From IMG/VR virus record IMGVR_UViG_3300037400_005963, positions 32,001 through 96,000 of that record: DNA of 64,000 bases. One strand, written 5' to 3'. The notes under the pieces were generated by a model that searched no databases, was not told the DNA's origin, and saw nothing but the letters and a program-made list of their open reading frames with translations. Made by a program: the position numbers and the translations under genes. Numbering within the stretch: the stretch's first letter is position 1; the number at the start of each line of letters is the position of its first letter. The stretch is from a virus (Duplodnaviria > Caudoviricetes). Positions 21,506-29,648 of this stretch are shown piece by piece.

Positions 21506-22204
21506 TTAAATTATTGCGTTTAACTTGAAACCTTCCTCCATTAAGTTTTTGGGAATTTCAAGTTCTGTTCCTATTTTTACTTTTAATTCTACGTGAAATA
21601 TATTGTTCCCCGGTTGAGTAGCAATATATCCAGTTTCATTTTCATACTTATCGCAGTATGAATCAAGTATCTTATCTATTTTTCTAACTTCATTCGATCT
21701 AGGATTAACAAATAATATCTCTAATAATCCTTGATGATAAAGAAGATTTACTACATATTTATGTGGATTCTGACCTCCCGCTATATCTAAATCTTGCAGG
21801 AGATTCGTAGTAGAGTACTCAGAGTCTCCGTGGAAATCGGAGTCTTCTGCTTTTTTAACTAACCACGACTTAACTTCACCTTCATTGCCTAGAATACCTT
21901 CGAGCGAACTTGAAGATTTATTATCTCTTAAAGAAAAAGTTTTCATCTTAGTGAAAATACTCTTAGGTTGAGTTCGTTTAATTGTCTTATTATTTTCCAT
22001 ATTTAAACTACTTAATTCCTCAGTTGCATTTTTTAAACTGCCAGTCAACCTTCTCATCTCTTTAAGTTGCTCTTCTTGATATTTTCTATCACTATTTCGT
22101 CTTTTTGTATTTATAATGAGGTTAGTTCCGGCAATTCCCAAAGAGGCGGCTGGTACTCCATATTTTATCCCCTTATCTATATATCTTTTAGTACGAGTAT
22201 CCAT
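21506..22204 (-). CDS. Hypothetical protein with an internal KTFS site
   Basis: Hydrophobic N-terminal helix, KMKTFS, then a domain resembling part of 14608..15825. Confidence 0.6.
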   Translation of the reverse strand: MDTRTKRYIDKGIKYGVPAASLGIAGTNLIINTKRRNSDRKYQEEQLKEMRRLTGSLKNATEELSSLNMENNKTIKRTQPKSIFTKMKTFSLRDNKSSSSLEGILGNEGEVKSWLVKKAEDSDFHGDSEYSTTNLLQDLDIAGGQNPHKYVVNLLYHQGLLEILFVNPRSNEVRKIDKILDSYCDKYENETGYIATQPGNNIFHVELKVKIGTELEIPKNLMEEGFKLNAII

Positions 22205-22619
22205 CTCTTTGAGTCATATTTGTTTTCCAATCAGCACGCTCTCTCCTCTTTGCCTGTTTTTGAGCATAAACTAATCGTTTATTATAAAAAGCGTTATCTT
22301 CGGCTTCTTTTTTTCGTTGGGATTGAGTATACAGACCTCCACCTATTGCACCAAGGTACGCTCCGGTTTTTGCTCCACCAGCAAAACCATTAAGACGTTT
22401 ACTAGCCCAGTTTCCAGTACCTCTACCTGCAACAGTTCCTAGAATACTTCCAGCAGCACCAAGAGCAATTGCTCCTGTGGCAGCAGATCTAAGCGTTGGA
22501 CCTACAAATGCAGTTTTTTTCTTCTTCTCAGCTAGGATATCAGAATCTTTCATCCTCTTAAGATTATCAGTATCATCCCAACGAGTGAAGTTTTTTCGTT
22601 TTAATATATAAATTGCCAT
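22188..22619 (-). CDS. Leader-tagged glycine-zipper protein
   Basis: Starts MAIYILKRKNFT; two Gly/Ala-rich segments. Confidence 0.65.
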   Translation of the reverse strand: MAIYILKRKNFTRWDDTDNLKRMKDSDILAEKKKKTAFVGPTLRSAATGAIALGAAGSILGTVAGRGTGNWASKRLNGFAGGAKTGAYLGAIGGGLYTQSQRKKEAEDNAFYNKRLVYAQKQAKRRERADWKTNMTQRDGYSY

Positions 22620-22624
22620 AGATC

Positions 22625-23971
22625 CTAGTTATTAATTTCATTACCTCCCTGTTTAGGTTGGACTGCCTTTTCTTTAGAGTTCTGATACTTATATGCATCA
22701 GGATCTATTTTTTCCATCCCCTTTCTCATAGTATTCATAGCTTTAGTGTAAAGAACACTTCCTATTCCAATTGCAGGAGCTAATGCAACTATATTTGCCT
22801 TGGTGGGATGATTTTTTATCCAATTTCCAGCCTTGCTCAGAGAACTAATATTAGAATTTCCAAGACTCTTTCCAAAATTTTGTACATTCTTTGTCCCAAA
22901 TGAACCGAAAGAGCCTATTTTCATAGCACCGCCAGAAAGTGTCCTGCCCCTATGAGAGTTGAATGTTTGCCAACCAGATTTAGTTTTCTGTGGAATACTT
23001 TTTATTGTGCTTCCAATACCTGACAAAATACTAAACTGTTTTTGTCCTTGTCCTGGTTTTAAGGGCTTTTTTAATTTAGGACTTGGTTGAGATGTCGCTG
23101 CTATTTGATTCTTCAGCTGCTTTTTCTCGGCTTGATAAGATAAAAGACGTGGTGCTTCGAAACCAAATGTGATCGCAGGACCTAAAGCTTTTCCTAAAAC
23201 ACTATAAGCTCTTTGTTGACTATTCTGTTGAACTAGGTTTCCAGAATTATCTACTCCGAGATTATTCTTTTTCATATCTCGCTGAATAAATTTATTAACT
23301 AAATAACCGGCTGCAGTAATTTTAGCAGCTCCTTTAATAGTTCCTTTTATGGAGGAATTTATACCAGCAGCTTTACATGCTTTTCCCAAATCTCTACCTG
23401 CAACTCTCAGCTTTGCCCAATTCGGATTCAGAGATGCATAATTTCTTTGTGAAAATAGAAATTCGCTTTCTTTTTTCTTCTTCTTTTGTTGCTCTATTGC
23501 TTGTTGATCTGGTGGAAGTAAAACTTCAGCAGCTTTCTGGGCTGTATCAGGACTATTCTTCTCTGCTATTTTATTTAGTAGCTCATTTTGTTTTTGAACC
23601 GCTCTAGTTTGTCGATCCTGTGCAGCAACCTGTTTTCCATTCATTTTCTCCTGTTTCTTCATCTGATTGCTACTTTGTATCATCTGAGCGCCAGTTGTAC
23701 CAACCATAAGAGCTCCACTAGCTAATGCAATAGGAATACCAAAAGACTTTTCATACTGTCTACTTAATTCCCTAGTCTTCGCATTCATGGCCCTGGTTAC
23801 TTTATCCATTTCCTCTATCGTAGCCTTTCCCTGCTTTTCTGCTTCTTTCCCCTCTTTATGAGTTTGAATCATTCCATATGCAGGCAAGCCAACGAGAAGA
23901 CCATTTACGGCTAGATTTCCAGCAGACATTTTAGGGGATGCACTGAATATCTTTTTTCTAAATTTAGTCAT
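22625..23971 (-). CDS. Leader-tagged putative polyprotein (448 aa)
   Basis: Start moved to ATG 23971 (MTKFRKKIFS), removing overlap; internal KSFG, RNYA, RAYS, KQFS sites. Confidence 0.65.
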   Translation of the reverse strand: MTKFRKKIFSASPKMSAGNLAVNGLLVGLPAYGMIQTHKEGKEAEKQGKATIEEMDKVTRAMNAKTRELSRQYEKSFGIPIALASGALMVGTTGAQMIQSSNQMKKQEKMNGKQVAAQDRQTRAVQKQNELLNKIAEKNSPDTAQKAAEVLLPPDQQAIEQQKKKKKESEFLFSQRNYASLNPNWAKLRVAGRDLGKACKAAGINSSIKGTIKGAAKITAAGYLVNKFIQRDMKKNNLGVDNSGNLVQQNSQQRAYSVLGKALGPAITFGFEAPRLLSYQAEKKQLKNQIAATSQPSPKLKKPLKPGQGQKQFSILSGIGSTIKSIPQKTKSGWQTFNSHRGRTLSGGAMKIGSFGSFGTKNVQNFGKSLGNSNISSLSKAGNWIKNHPTKANIVALAPAIGIGSVLYTKAMNTMRKGMEKIDPDAYKYQNSKEKAVQPKQGGNEINN

Positions 23972-23993
23972 CACCTTTAAATTAAGTAATATT

Positions 23994-24296
23994 TTATTGA
24001 TCTTCGTAGCCTGAAGCTCTCTTAAGACCTTTACCAAGACCTTTTGTAGCGGCTGCACCAATACCGGCACCTATCAGCCAACCAAGGGGACCTCCAATTG
24101 CACTACCGATAACTCCAGTTCCCTGAAGAGCAGTTCCAATTGCACCTCCCAAATAGTGTCCGCCGAGAAGTCCACCACCAATAGCAGCAGGGGTAGAATC
24201 TAGTGCATTACCTACACCACCTGCTACGCCACCTGCAGTATCCTTCACGCCCTCTACAAGACTATAAGTCTTTCTTTTTAAAATATAAGTTGCCAT
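23994..24296 (-). CDS. Leader-tagged glycine-zipper protein
   Basis: Starts MATYILKRKTYS; almost entirely GxxxG repeats. Confidence 0.7.
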   Translation of the reverse strand: MATYILKRKTYSLVEGVKDTAGGVAGGVGNALDSTPAAIGGGLLGGHYLGGAIGTALQGTGVIGSAIGGPLGWLIGAGIGAAATKGLGKGLKRASGYEDQ

Positions 24297-24302
24297 ATTA
24301 TA

Positions 24303-24515
24303 TTAATCGTCTTTTAAATCACTCCATCTAATTCCCCTGGATACTTCTAAACTCAATTTTCTTTGTTCCTTCCTAAGATCCCCTATTTTTGATAGCTCTC
24401 TATGAGAAGTTTCCATTCTTCCAAGTCTATCGAGATCTGTATCATATTTTCTTCCTCGAATAAAACCAGGAGAATTTGTATTTAGAATTTTTTGAGAGAA
24501 TCTTTTAATTATCAT
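24303..24515 (-). CDS. Small protein with short leader variant
   Basis: Starts MIIKRFS. Confidence 0.55.
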   Translation of the reverse strand: MIIKRFSQKILNTNSPGFIRGRKYDTDLDRLGRMETSHRELSKIGDLRKEQRKLSLEVSRGIRWSDLKDD

Positions 24516-25084
24516 GCATCCAGAAGTTTTATACTATAATTTAGTCCAAAGGGTAGATAATTAAGTGCATCTATTGCATCCCTAATAGTCTTAAACTCTA
24601 GAACTAGTGATCGTTTTGTCTTCGAATACTCAATGGCTTCACCTAGAATTTCTTGAACTTTTCTTCTAAATTCTATATTAGTGTAACCATCAGTACTAAA
24701 TGTGGGTGGTGCACCACCCTTTTTATTATTATTATTGCCAAAAGTTTTTTCTCTTTCTGGCATTAAACTACCTTTCAGATTTAAAGATAAATTACCTAAT
24801 TTTTGATCATAAACTTTCAAGCTAGGTAATCTAACCTCGTCAGGTAATTTTGCCTTCGCACCTATTTTCAAATACATTCGATATTTTTCCCTTCCGAACA
24901 TAGAGGTGCTAATCGTAAATTTCTCAACTACGACATTATTTCCTCTTAAAATAGGAATCAATGCACTGCGGTTAATGATCGGAAATTTTTTTTGTCGATC
25001 ACCGCCAGTCAATTTTAGAATTTCCTGATAGAGGGACTTCATTGCGTCGTATTCTGAGAACGTCTTTTCTCTGAAATGTATCAT
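24512..25084 (-). CDS. Leader-tagged hypothetical protein
   Basis: Starts MIHFREKTFS; internal REKTFG. Confidence 0.65.
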   Translation of the reverse strand: MIHFREKTFSEYDAMKSLYQEILKLTGGDRQKKFPIINRSALIPILRGNNVVVEKFTISTSMFGREKYRMYLKIGAKAKLPDEVRLPSLKVYDQKLGNLSLNLKGSLMPEREKTFGNNNNKKGGAPPTFSTDGYTNIEFRRKVQEILGEAIEYSKTKRSLVLEFKTIRDAIDALNYLPFGLNYSIKLLDA

Positions 25085-25461
25085 CTTTTCTTATCTACTA
25101 TCGAAAGGTTATATTTTGTTCCTAAAACCGATATAACATCTAGAGCAATCCCAAGATGATCAGTTTCTGCAGTAACCGTTCTTTCTTTTTTATCAGTATT
25201 GGTAATTCTCATGCTACACAAATCACCTAGAAGCTTCTGTGTATAGGAATAAAATTCTTTATCCTTAACCGTAATCTGATAGTATCCATATTCATTTTGA
25301 ACAAACTCCATAAGTACCATAGCTTTAGAGTTTATCCTACTAATCGGTTCTGCTTCTCTAGGAGTTATCGAATTATATGAAACGCCCTCTTTATCGAGAT
25401 AATCTTTAGCGTCCTCAATAAGATTTACCTCTTTTGATTTTTTTGGTCTAAACGTTATCAT
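25081..25461 (-). CDS. Hypothetical protein with partial leader
   Basis: Starts MITFRPKK; 4-bp overlap with next gene. Confidence 0.6.
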   Translation of the reverse strand: MITFRPKKSKEVNLIEDAKDYLDKEGVSYNSITPREAEPISRINSKAMVLMEFVQNEYGYYQITVKDKEFYSYTQKLLGDLCSMRITNTDKKERTVTAETDHLGIALDVISVLGTKYNLSIVDKKR

Positions 25462-25476
25462 TCGTTTCTCCTATTT

Positions 25477-26559
25477 TTAATTTGATTCTAATTTAGATAC
25501 TATTTCTCCTAAGAATTTGTATCTAGTGTCGGGAACTTCATAAAAATAAAGTTCACACCTAAATTGACACTGTTCTGCAAAATTAGAATTATCATCTGCT
25601 TGGTACGTATGATTAAAATCTTCAGTAATTCCTTGCCATTTAACTGCTGCAGACCATCTCTCTCCGTACCTATCTGATGTCTTAAATTCCGTAAAGTTTG
25701 TCAGGAAGGTTACATTTTCATATCTATTTTTAAAGTCATGAAAAAGAACCATATCAGTAGTGTGAAGAGTAAATTCTACTGGTTGCTTATGACTAATTAT
25801 ATCACTGTCGTTTCTTCTAGGGTGACTATAATTAACAGGAGTCTGAATGAATTGATAAGTTATATAAGAAGTCTTACTTAAAGTCTGTTCTTTATTTAAC
25901 CTAACTAATTCTATCCCATACTTCTCCAGCCTTCTTCTCAACTCTAAGATAAATTGATCTTGATAGTCTATTGATCTTATTCTATAATCATCATATCTTC
26001 TTCTCAATGAATAAATTGAAGTATTTTCCGATGTCAAAGTTATAGGTGAATCTTTTATGATGATTTTCGGAAAATTTCTCAATTCCCACTCTTTCCCTAT
26101 CCTTTTTCCAACTGGTTTAAGGTAAAGAAGTTGGCCTGAATAAAAAAGATATTGAATAAATTCAGAATTTTTATAGTCATCCTTAGATATTACGAATACA
26201 GTCGAATCATACGTCTGAACTACCCGAGATTCACTATCATCAACTATTATTATATTAACTATATGTGAATCATGGGTTAATTTCTCCAGTTTTAGCCCAT
26301 TAAGTTCAACGGTAGTTTTCCCCTGAGATATTTTTTTTGTTCCGGAGGTTGGAATCATTTTCATATCTCCCGAACCTACTAAGGGTATTCCTAGAGATAC
26401 AGAAAGAGACTTCGCTGAGCTACCTGGAGAATATTGTATCTCTAAAACAGAAGATCCCGGATTCTCCATCATAGAATCATAAGAACCCTCCTTCACCTGA
26501 AAATAGTTACATTTAGAGGATGATATTCGAAGTCCCCTGTAAATTATCTCATTGAACAT
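25477..26559 (-). CDS. Hypothetical structural protein (possible tail-terminator-like C-terminal domain)
   Basis: 360-aa ORF in the structural module; function from context only. Confidence 0.4.
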   Translation of the reverse strand: MFNEIIYRGLRISSSKCNYFQVKEGSYDSMMENPGSSVLEIQYSPGSSAKSLSVSLGIPLVGSGDMKMIPTSGTKKISQGKTTVELNGLKLEKLTHDSHIVNIIIVDDSESRVVQTYDSTVFVISKDDYKNSEFIQYLFYSGQLLYLKPVGKRIGKEWELRNFPKIIIKDSPITLTSENTSIYSLRRRYDDYRIRSIDYQDQFILELRRRLEKYGIELVRLNKEQTLSKTSYITYQFIQTPVNYSHPRRNDSDIISHKQPVEFTLHTTDMVLFHDFKNRYENVTFLTNFTEFKTSDRYGERWSAAVKWQGITEDFNHTYQADDNSNFAEQCQFRCELYFYEVPDTRYKFLGEIVSKLESN

Positions 26560-26602
26560 AAATATTTTATTTTTAGAAACTATTAATAATTTCTACAATA
26601 CA

Positions 26603-27157
26603 TTAAGGGGTTGGAGGTGTAGCATTTATCTGCACCATTCGCTGCAACCTATCCTTCATTTTGGTATTTACTGCAGAATTATCTAGCTTAGACACCTTAT
26701 CTCCTACTTCTATGGAAGATTTAGTGAGATCTGCCTTTGCTTTATTAACCTCAGCTGAATTCCTCATGACAGATTGAACATCTTTTCCCCATAAACTTGT
26801 ACCATTTACCTTTTCCAATTGGTTTTTTGCAAAAAGTTGGCCCGATCTTTTCGCTGCCTCGTCTGTTACGGTTTTTCCTGCAGCTGCTGCACTATCTTTT
26901 ATAATGTTTGTTTGAGCATTAGCAAGACCCTTCATTCCGGCATTTTGCATCCCAGCACTATTTAAAGTCTTACCAGCACGCATTAAGAAAGTATTTGAAC
27001 TTTTCTGAAGACCTGAGCCTAACATTCCTTTCTGTGCACCCATAAAACCAAGTGCGGCAGTTCCAGCAAGTGCTCCACCAATGGCAAGTTTTTTACCTAA
27101 TCCCGAATTCTTATCATCACTCGAGAAGGTTCGTCTTTTCAATATATAAATTGCCAT
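26603..27157 (-). CDS. Leader-tagged basic protein with hydrophobic helix
   Basis: Starts MAIYILKRRTFS; GKKLAIGGALAGTAALGFMGAQKG; paralog of the next ORF. Confidence 0.7.
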   Translation of the reverse strand: MAIYILKRRTFSSDDKNSGLGKKLAIGGALAGTAALGFMGAQKGMLGSGLQKSSNTFLMRAGKTLNSAGMQNAGMKGLANAQTNIIKDSAAAAGKTVTDEAAKRSGQLFAKNQLEKVNGTSLWGKDVQSVMRNSAEVNKAKADLTKSSIEVGDKVSKLDNSAVNTKMKDRLQRMVQINATPPTP

Positions 27158-27172
27158 AATTACGTAATATTA

Positions 27173-27598
27173 TTAATTAAGCCACCTATTTAATTGTATA
27201 TCACCGGCTCTTTGTCCTATAGCAGTAGCTTTTTTTGTCAATTCTCCTGTGGTTAACTTTTTTGGATTATTAGTCTGTAATCTTTTTAGTGCAAAACTAG
27301 TATTTCCTTTTCCATAGCCTACAGAAGCAGTAGACATAGCATTATCACCAAATTTCTGAAGAGTTTTGTTATTATACTTTTGGCCAAATTTATTTATTGA
27401 AGATCCAATATTACCTAGGGCTTTATTTGTTCCTATCTGAGCTTTTGCACCAAATACTCCTCTCTGTGCACCGTATGCAGCAAGAGCAGTTCCACCGAGT
27501 ACACCAGCACCAACTGCTAATTTCTTTCCAAAACTAGATTTTTTATTCTCTTGTGCAGGTTCAGTATAGACTTTTCTTTTTAAAATATAAGTTGCCAT
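27173..27598 (-). CDS. Leader-tagged basic protein with hydrophobic helix
   Basis: Starts MATYILKRKVYT; GKKLAVGAGVLGGTALAAYGAQRG. Confidence 0.7.
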   Translation of the reverse strand: MATYILKRKVYTEPAQENKKSSFGKKLAVGAGVLGGTALAAYGAQRGVFGAKAQIGTNKALGNIGSSINKFGQKYNNKTLQKFGDNAMSTASVGYGKGNTSFALKRLQTNNPKKLTTGELTKKATAIGQRAGDIQLNRWLN

Positions 27599-27601
27599 AT
27601 A

Positions 27602-27775
27602 TTAATCATCTTCATCTTTTCCTTTTCCTGTAAGGAAATTTCCTAGGCTTTTTCCTGCCTTTTTTATTTTTGTTTGTGTTGGTAGGGGGACAGGACTGAT
27701 ATCGTCAACCATCCCATCAATTCCCTCTCGAAGATCACCAACCATACCAAACTTTTTTGTCCTTTTTACTAACAT
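27602..27775 (-). CDS. 57-aa leader-tagged protein (below ORF-track cutoff)
   Basis: Hand translation MLVKRTKKFGMVGDLREGIDG...GKDEDD*; same leader as the neighbour. Confidence 0.7.
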   Translation of the reverse strand: MLVKRTKKFGMVGDLREGIDGMVDDISPVPLPTQTKIKKAGKSLGNFLTGKGKDEDD

Positions 27776-27777
27776 GG

Positions 27778-28026
27778 TTAATCCTCTTCTTCTTTATTCC
27801 CCATATTTCCGGTTAAAGCATCTTTCGTAGCACCGGCAACCTTAGCGGTACCAATTCCTGCACCGATAAGAGCAGCTGTGCCCGTTAACGCAGCAGTACC
27901 TTTTGTGCCTGCCCAAATTCTTTGTCCAGTATTCATGGTAGCGCCCTTGCCATAACCCATCGATCGTCCAATGCTTTTAAGACCAAAAGTTGGTATACCG
28001 AAATTCTTTGTTCTTTTTACCAACAT
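27778..28026 (-). CDS. Leader-tagged small Gly/Ala-rich protein
   Basis: Starts MLVKRTKNFG. Confidence 0.7.
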   Translation of the reverse strand: MLVKRTKNFGIPTFGLKSIGRSMGYGKGATMNTGQRIWAGTKGTAALTGTAALIGAGIGTAKVAGATKDALTGNMGNKEEED

Positions 28027-28047
28027 ATTTAAATATTTAAAAATTTA

Positions 28048-28099
28048 GGGAGAGAAATAGAATATTTTGTATAAATTTTAGTATTCTTATTTCTCTCCC
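28048..28099 (-). terminator. Long hairpin downstream of the major capsid gene
   Basis: GGGAGAGAAATAGAATA...TATTCTTATTTCTCTCCC. Confidence 0.6.
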
Positions 28100-28146
28100 A
28101 GATTAGATTAAATCAATCTTATGTAATATTCTTCTTGAGAGAAATA

Positions 28147-29568
28147 TTAAAGACCTAAACCAAAGGTTACTTTCTGAACGAGTTCAGGAGCCATGTAGCG
28201 AACACCTTCCTGATAGTAAATACCACTTGCCATTTGAGTTGGGTTGTTGTAGTTACCAATAGTTGGGGTGTCAGTCAAAGGCATATAGATACCACGAGCC
28301 AGAGGAGCCATTTGGCCGTCCTGAGTCTTGTGAATAGCATAGAATGTACCCTTGCCTTCTTCTTCCTGGATGTCAGTTGAACGAAGTACTGGAATACCAT
28401 TGTACCAGCCAAGGAGGTCATTGATGTAAGTCATCTTAGTGTTCTTCTCCCACTTGCCGATGATACCACCCTTTTGGAACTGATTTGAAGCCTGGTTACC
28501 AGCTACATAAGCAGTAGTGTTAACACCCTTAACGGCCTTAGTTGCCAAAGAAGTTTCAACGTTGATCAGATAAGCATCGAACAAGTCTACTCTTGAACGA
28601 TAATCGTAGAAAGTAGCCTGCATTTCAGCCTTAGTAAGATCAAGGTCAGTCATAACATCGCCACGATAACCATCCTCAAGAGTCTTAACCAACTTGTAGT
28701 TAATAGTCTTGGTGTAGATCTCGCGGAGCTTAGTGAACAAGAAGGTAGCCATGTCAGAACCAGTGGCCTTCTTCATTGCGCCGAGAGCTGCAATGTTATA
28801 CTCAGCAACGAGCATATCAGGAACTGTGTTAAGAGCAATCTGTTGCATCTTAGCAATGAATCTCTTATCGTTTGCATGTGGACTGTCAGCACCCTTAGTG
28901 CAGCTAGGAGTACCAGTTACGTCTTCCTTACCTACGATCTTAATTGAAGTAGGAGCAGCAGCTAAATTGAACTCAACCTTACCGTTGAGGTAATTAACAG
29001 TACCGCTAGTCATAACGCCAGCAACTGCCATGAAAGAACCCTGACCATTATCGATCAATTCAGCCTTGCTACCGTCACCGTTCTCGATCTTAACGCGAAT
29101 AGTACCGGGGATAAGCTTTCTACCAATGATAGAAGTAACCTGCTGAGCAGCATCTACATCGAGTTCAAAGTAACCCATAGTGTTGATGTCCTGATAGTTA
29201 TCTGGACCCAGGTTAGGAATAACCTCACGAAGATCGGTTACACCAAGAACGTCGAACCAGTAGAACAGACCGTTAGGCTGATCAAAGTCGCGCTCAATTG
29301 ACATATAGCCAGCAAAAGAGCTAACATAAGAAGCAACTGAAGCGTTGAAGTACTGAGTGCTCAGAAGTGGAGTCTCTGCATAGCCAGAGAAGGTCTTCTG
29401 GAAAAGGTTACCTTCGCCCATACCGAGCATTTCTCTCATCTCGTCATTACGAGAGAACATCTTTGCGTATTCACGGCCACGAAGATTAGCGTCTTCGTTA
29501 GAAACCGAGCTAGCCCTCAAAGCCGAAGCCATCTGAGGGGTATTCATAAGTTCATTATAGTAATTCAT
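28147..29568 (-). CDS. Major capsid protein (T4 gp23-like, HK97 fold)
   Basis: 473 aa directly after protease and scaffold; DQPNGLFYW and GIYMPL...NPTQMASGIYY resemble gp23 motifs; strongly biased codon use. Confidence 0.8.
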   Translation of the reverse strand: MNYYNELMNTPQMASALRASSVSNEDANLRGREYAKMFSRNDEMREMLGMGEGNLFQKTFSGYAETPLLSTQYFNASVASYVSSFAGYMSIERDFDQPNGLFYWFDVLGVTDLREVIPNLGPDNYQDINTMGYFELDVDAAQQVTSIIGRKLIPGTIRVKIENGDGSKAELIDNGQGSFMAVAGVMTSGTVNYLNGKVEFNLAAAPTSIKIVGKEDVTGTPSCTKGADSPHANDKRFIAKMQQIALNTVPDMLVAEYNIAALGAMKKATGSDMATFLFTKLREIYTKTINYKLVKTLEDGYRGDVMTDLDLTKAEMQATFYDYRSRVDLFDAYLINVETSLATKAVKGVNTTAYVAGNQASNQFQKGGIIGKWEKNTKMTYINDLLGWYNGIPVLRSTDIQEEEGKGTFYAIHKTQDGQMAPLARGIYMPLTDTPTIGNYNNPTQMASGIYYQEGVRYMAPELVQKVTFGLGL

Positions 29569-29609
29569 TGTGTAAATTAAGTAATTAATTCGTTTATGTT
29601 TTATATAAT

Positions 29610-29639
29610 GAAGGCTCCTTGATTTCTCTCAGAGCCTTC
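29610..29639 (-). other. Hairpin between scaffold and capsid genes
   Basis: GAAGGCTC...GAGCCTTC; contains CTGAGA on the minus strand. Confidence 0.5.
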
Positions 29640-29648
29640 GGGTTTATA

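Noticed and set aside
23972-24070. Track start for the 481-aa ORF
   Set aside because: Overlaps the upstream gene; the ATG at 23971 restores the family leader.
23994-24296. Leader as a type IV prepilin (class III) signal; KRKTYSLVEG resembles G-FSLVE
   Set aside because: No Gly before the aromatic residue, and most family members lack Glu+5 and an immediately following hydrophobic helix; the motif also occurs internally in head proteins.
22188-28026. Glycine-rich small ORFs as a bacteriocin/microcin cluster
   Set aside because: No double-glycine leader, peptidase-ABC exporter, modification enzyme or immunity gene; the genes are interleaved with capsid genes.
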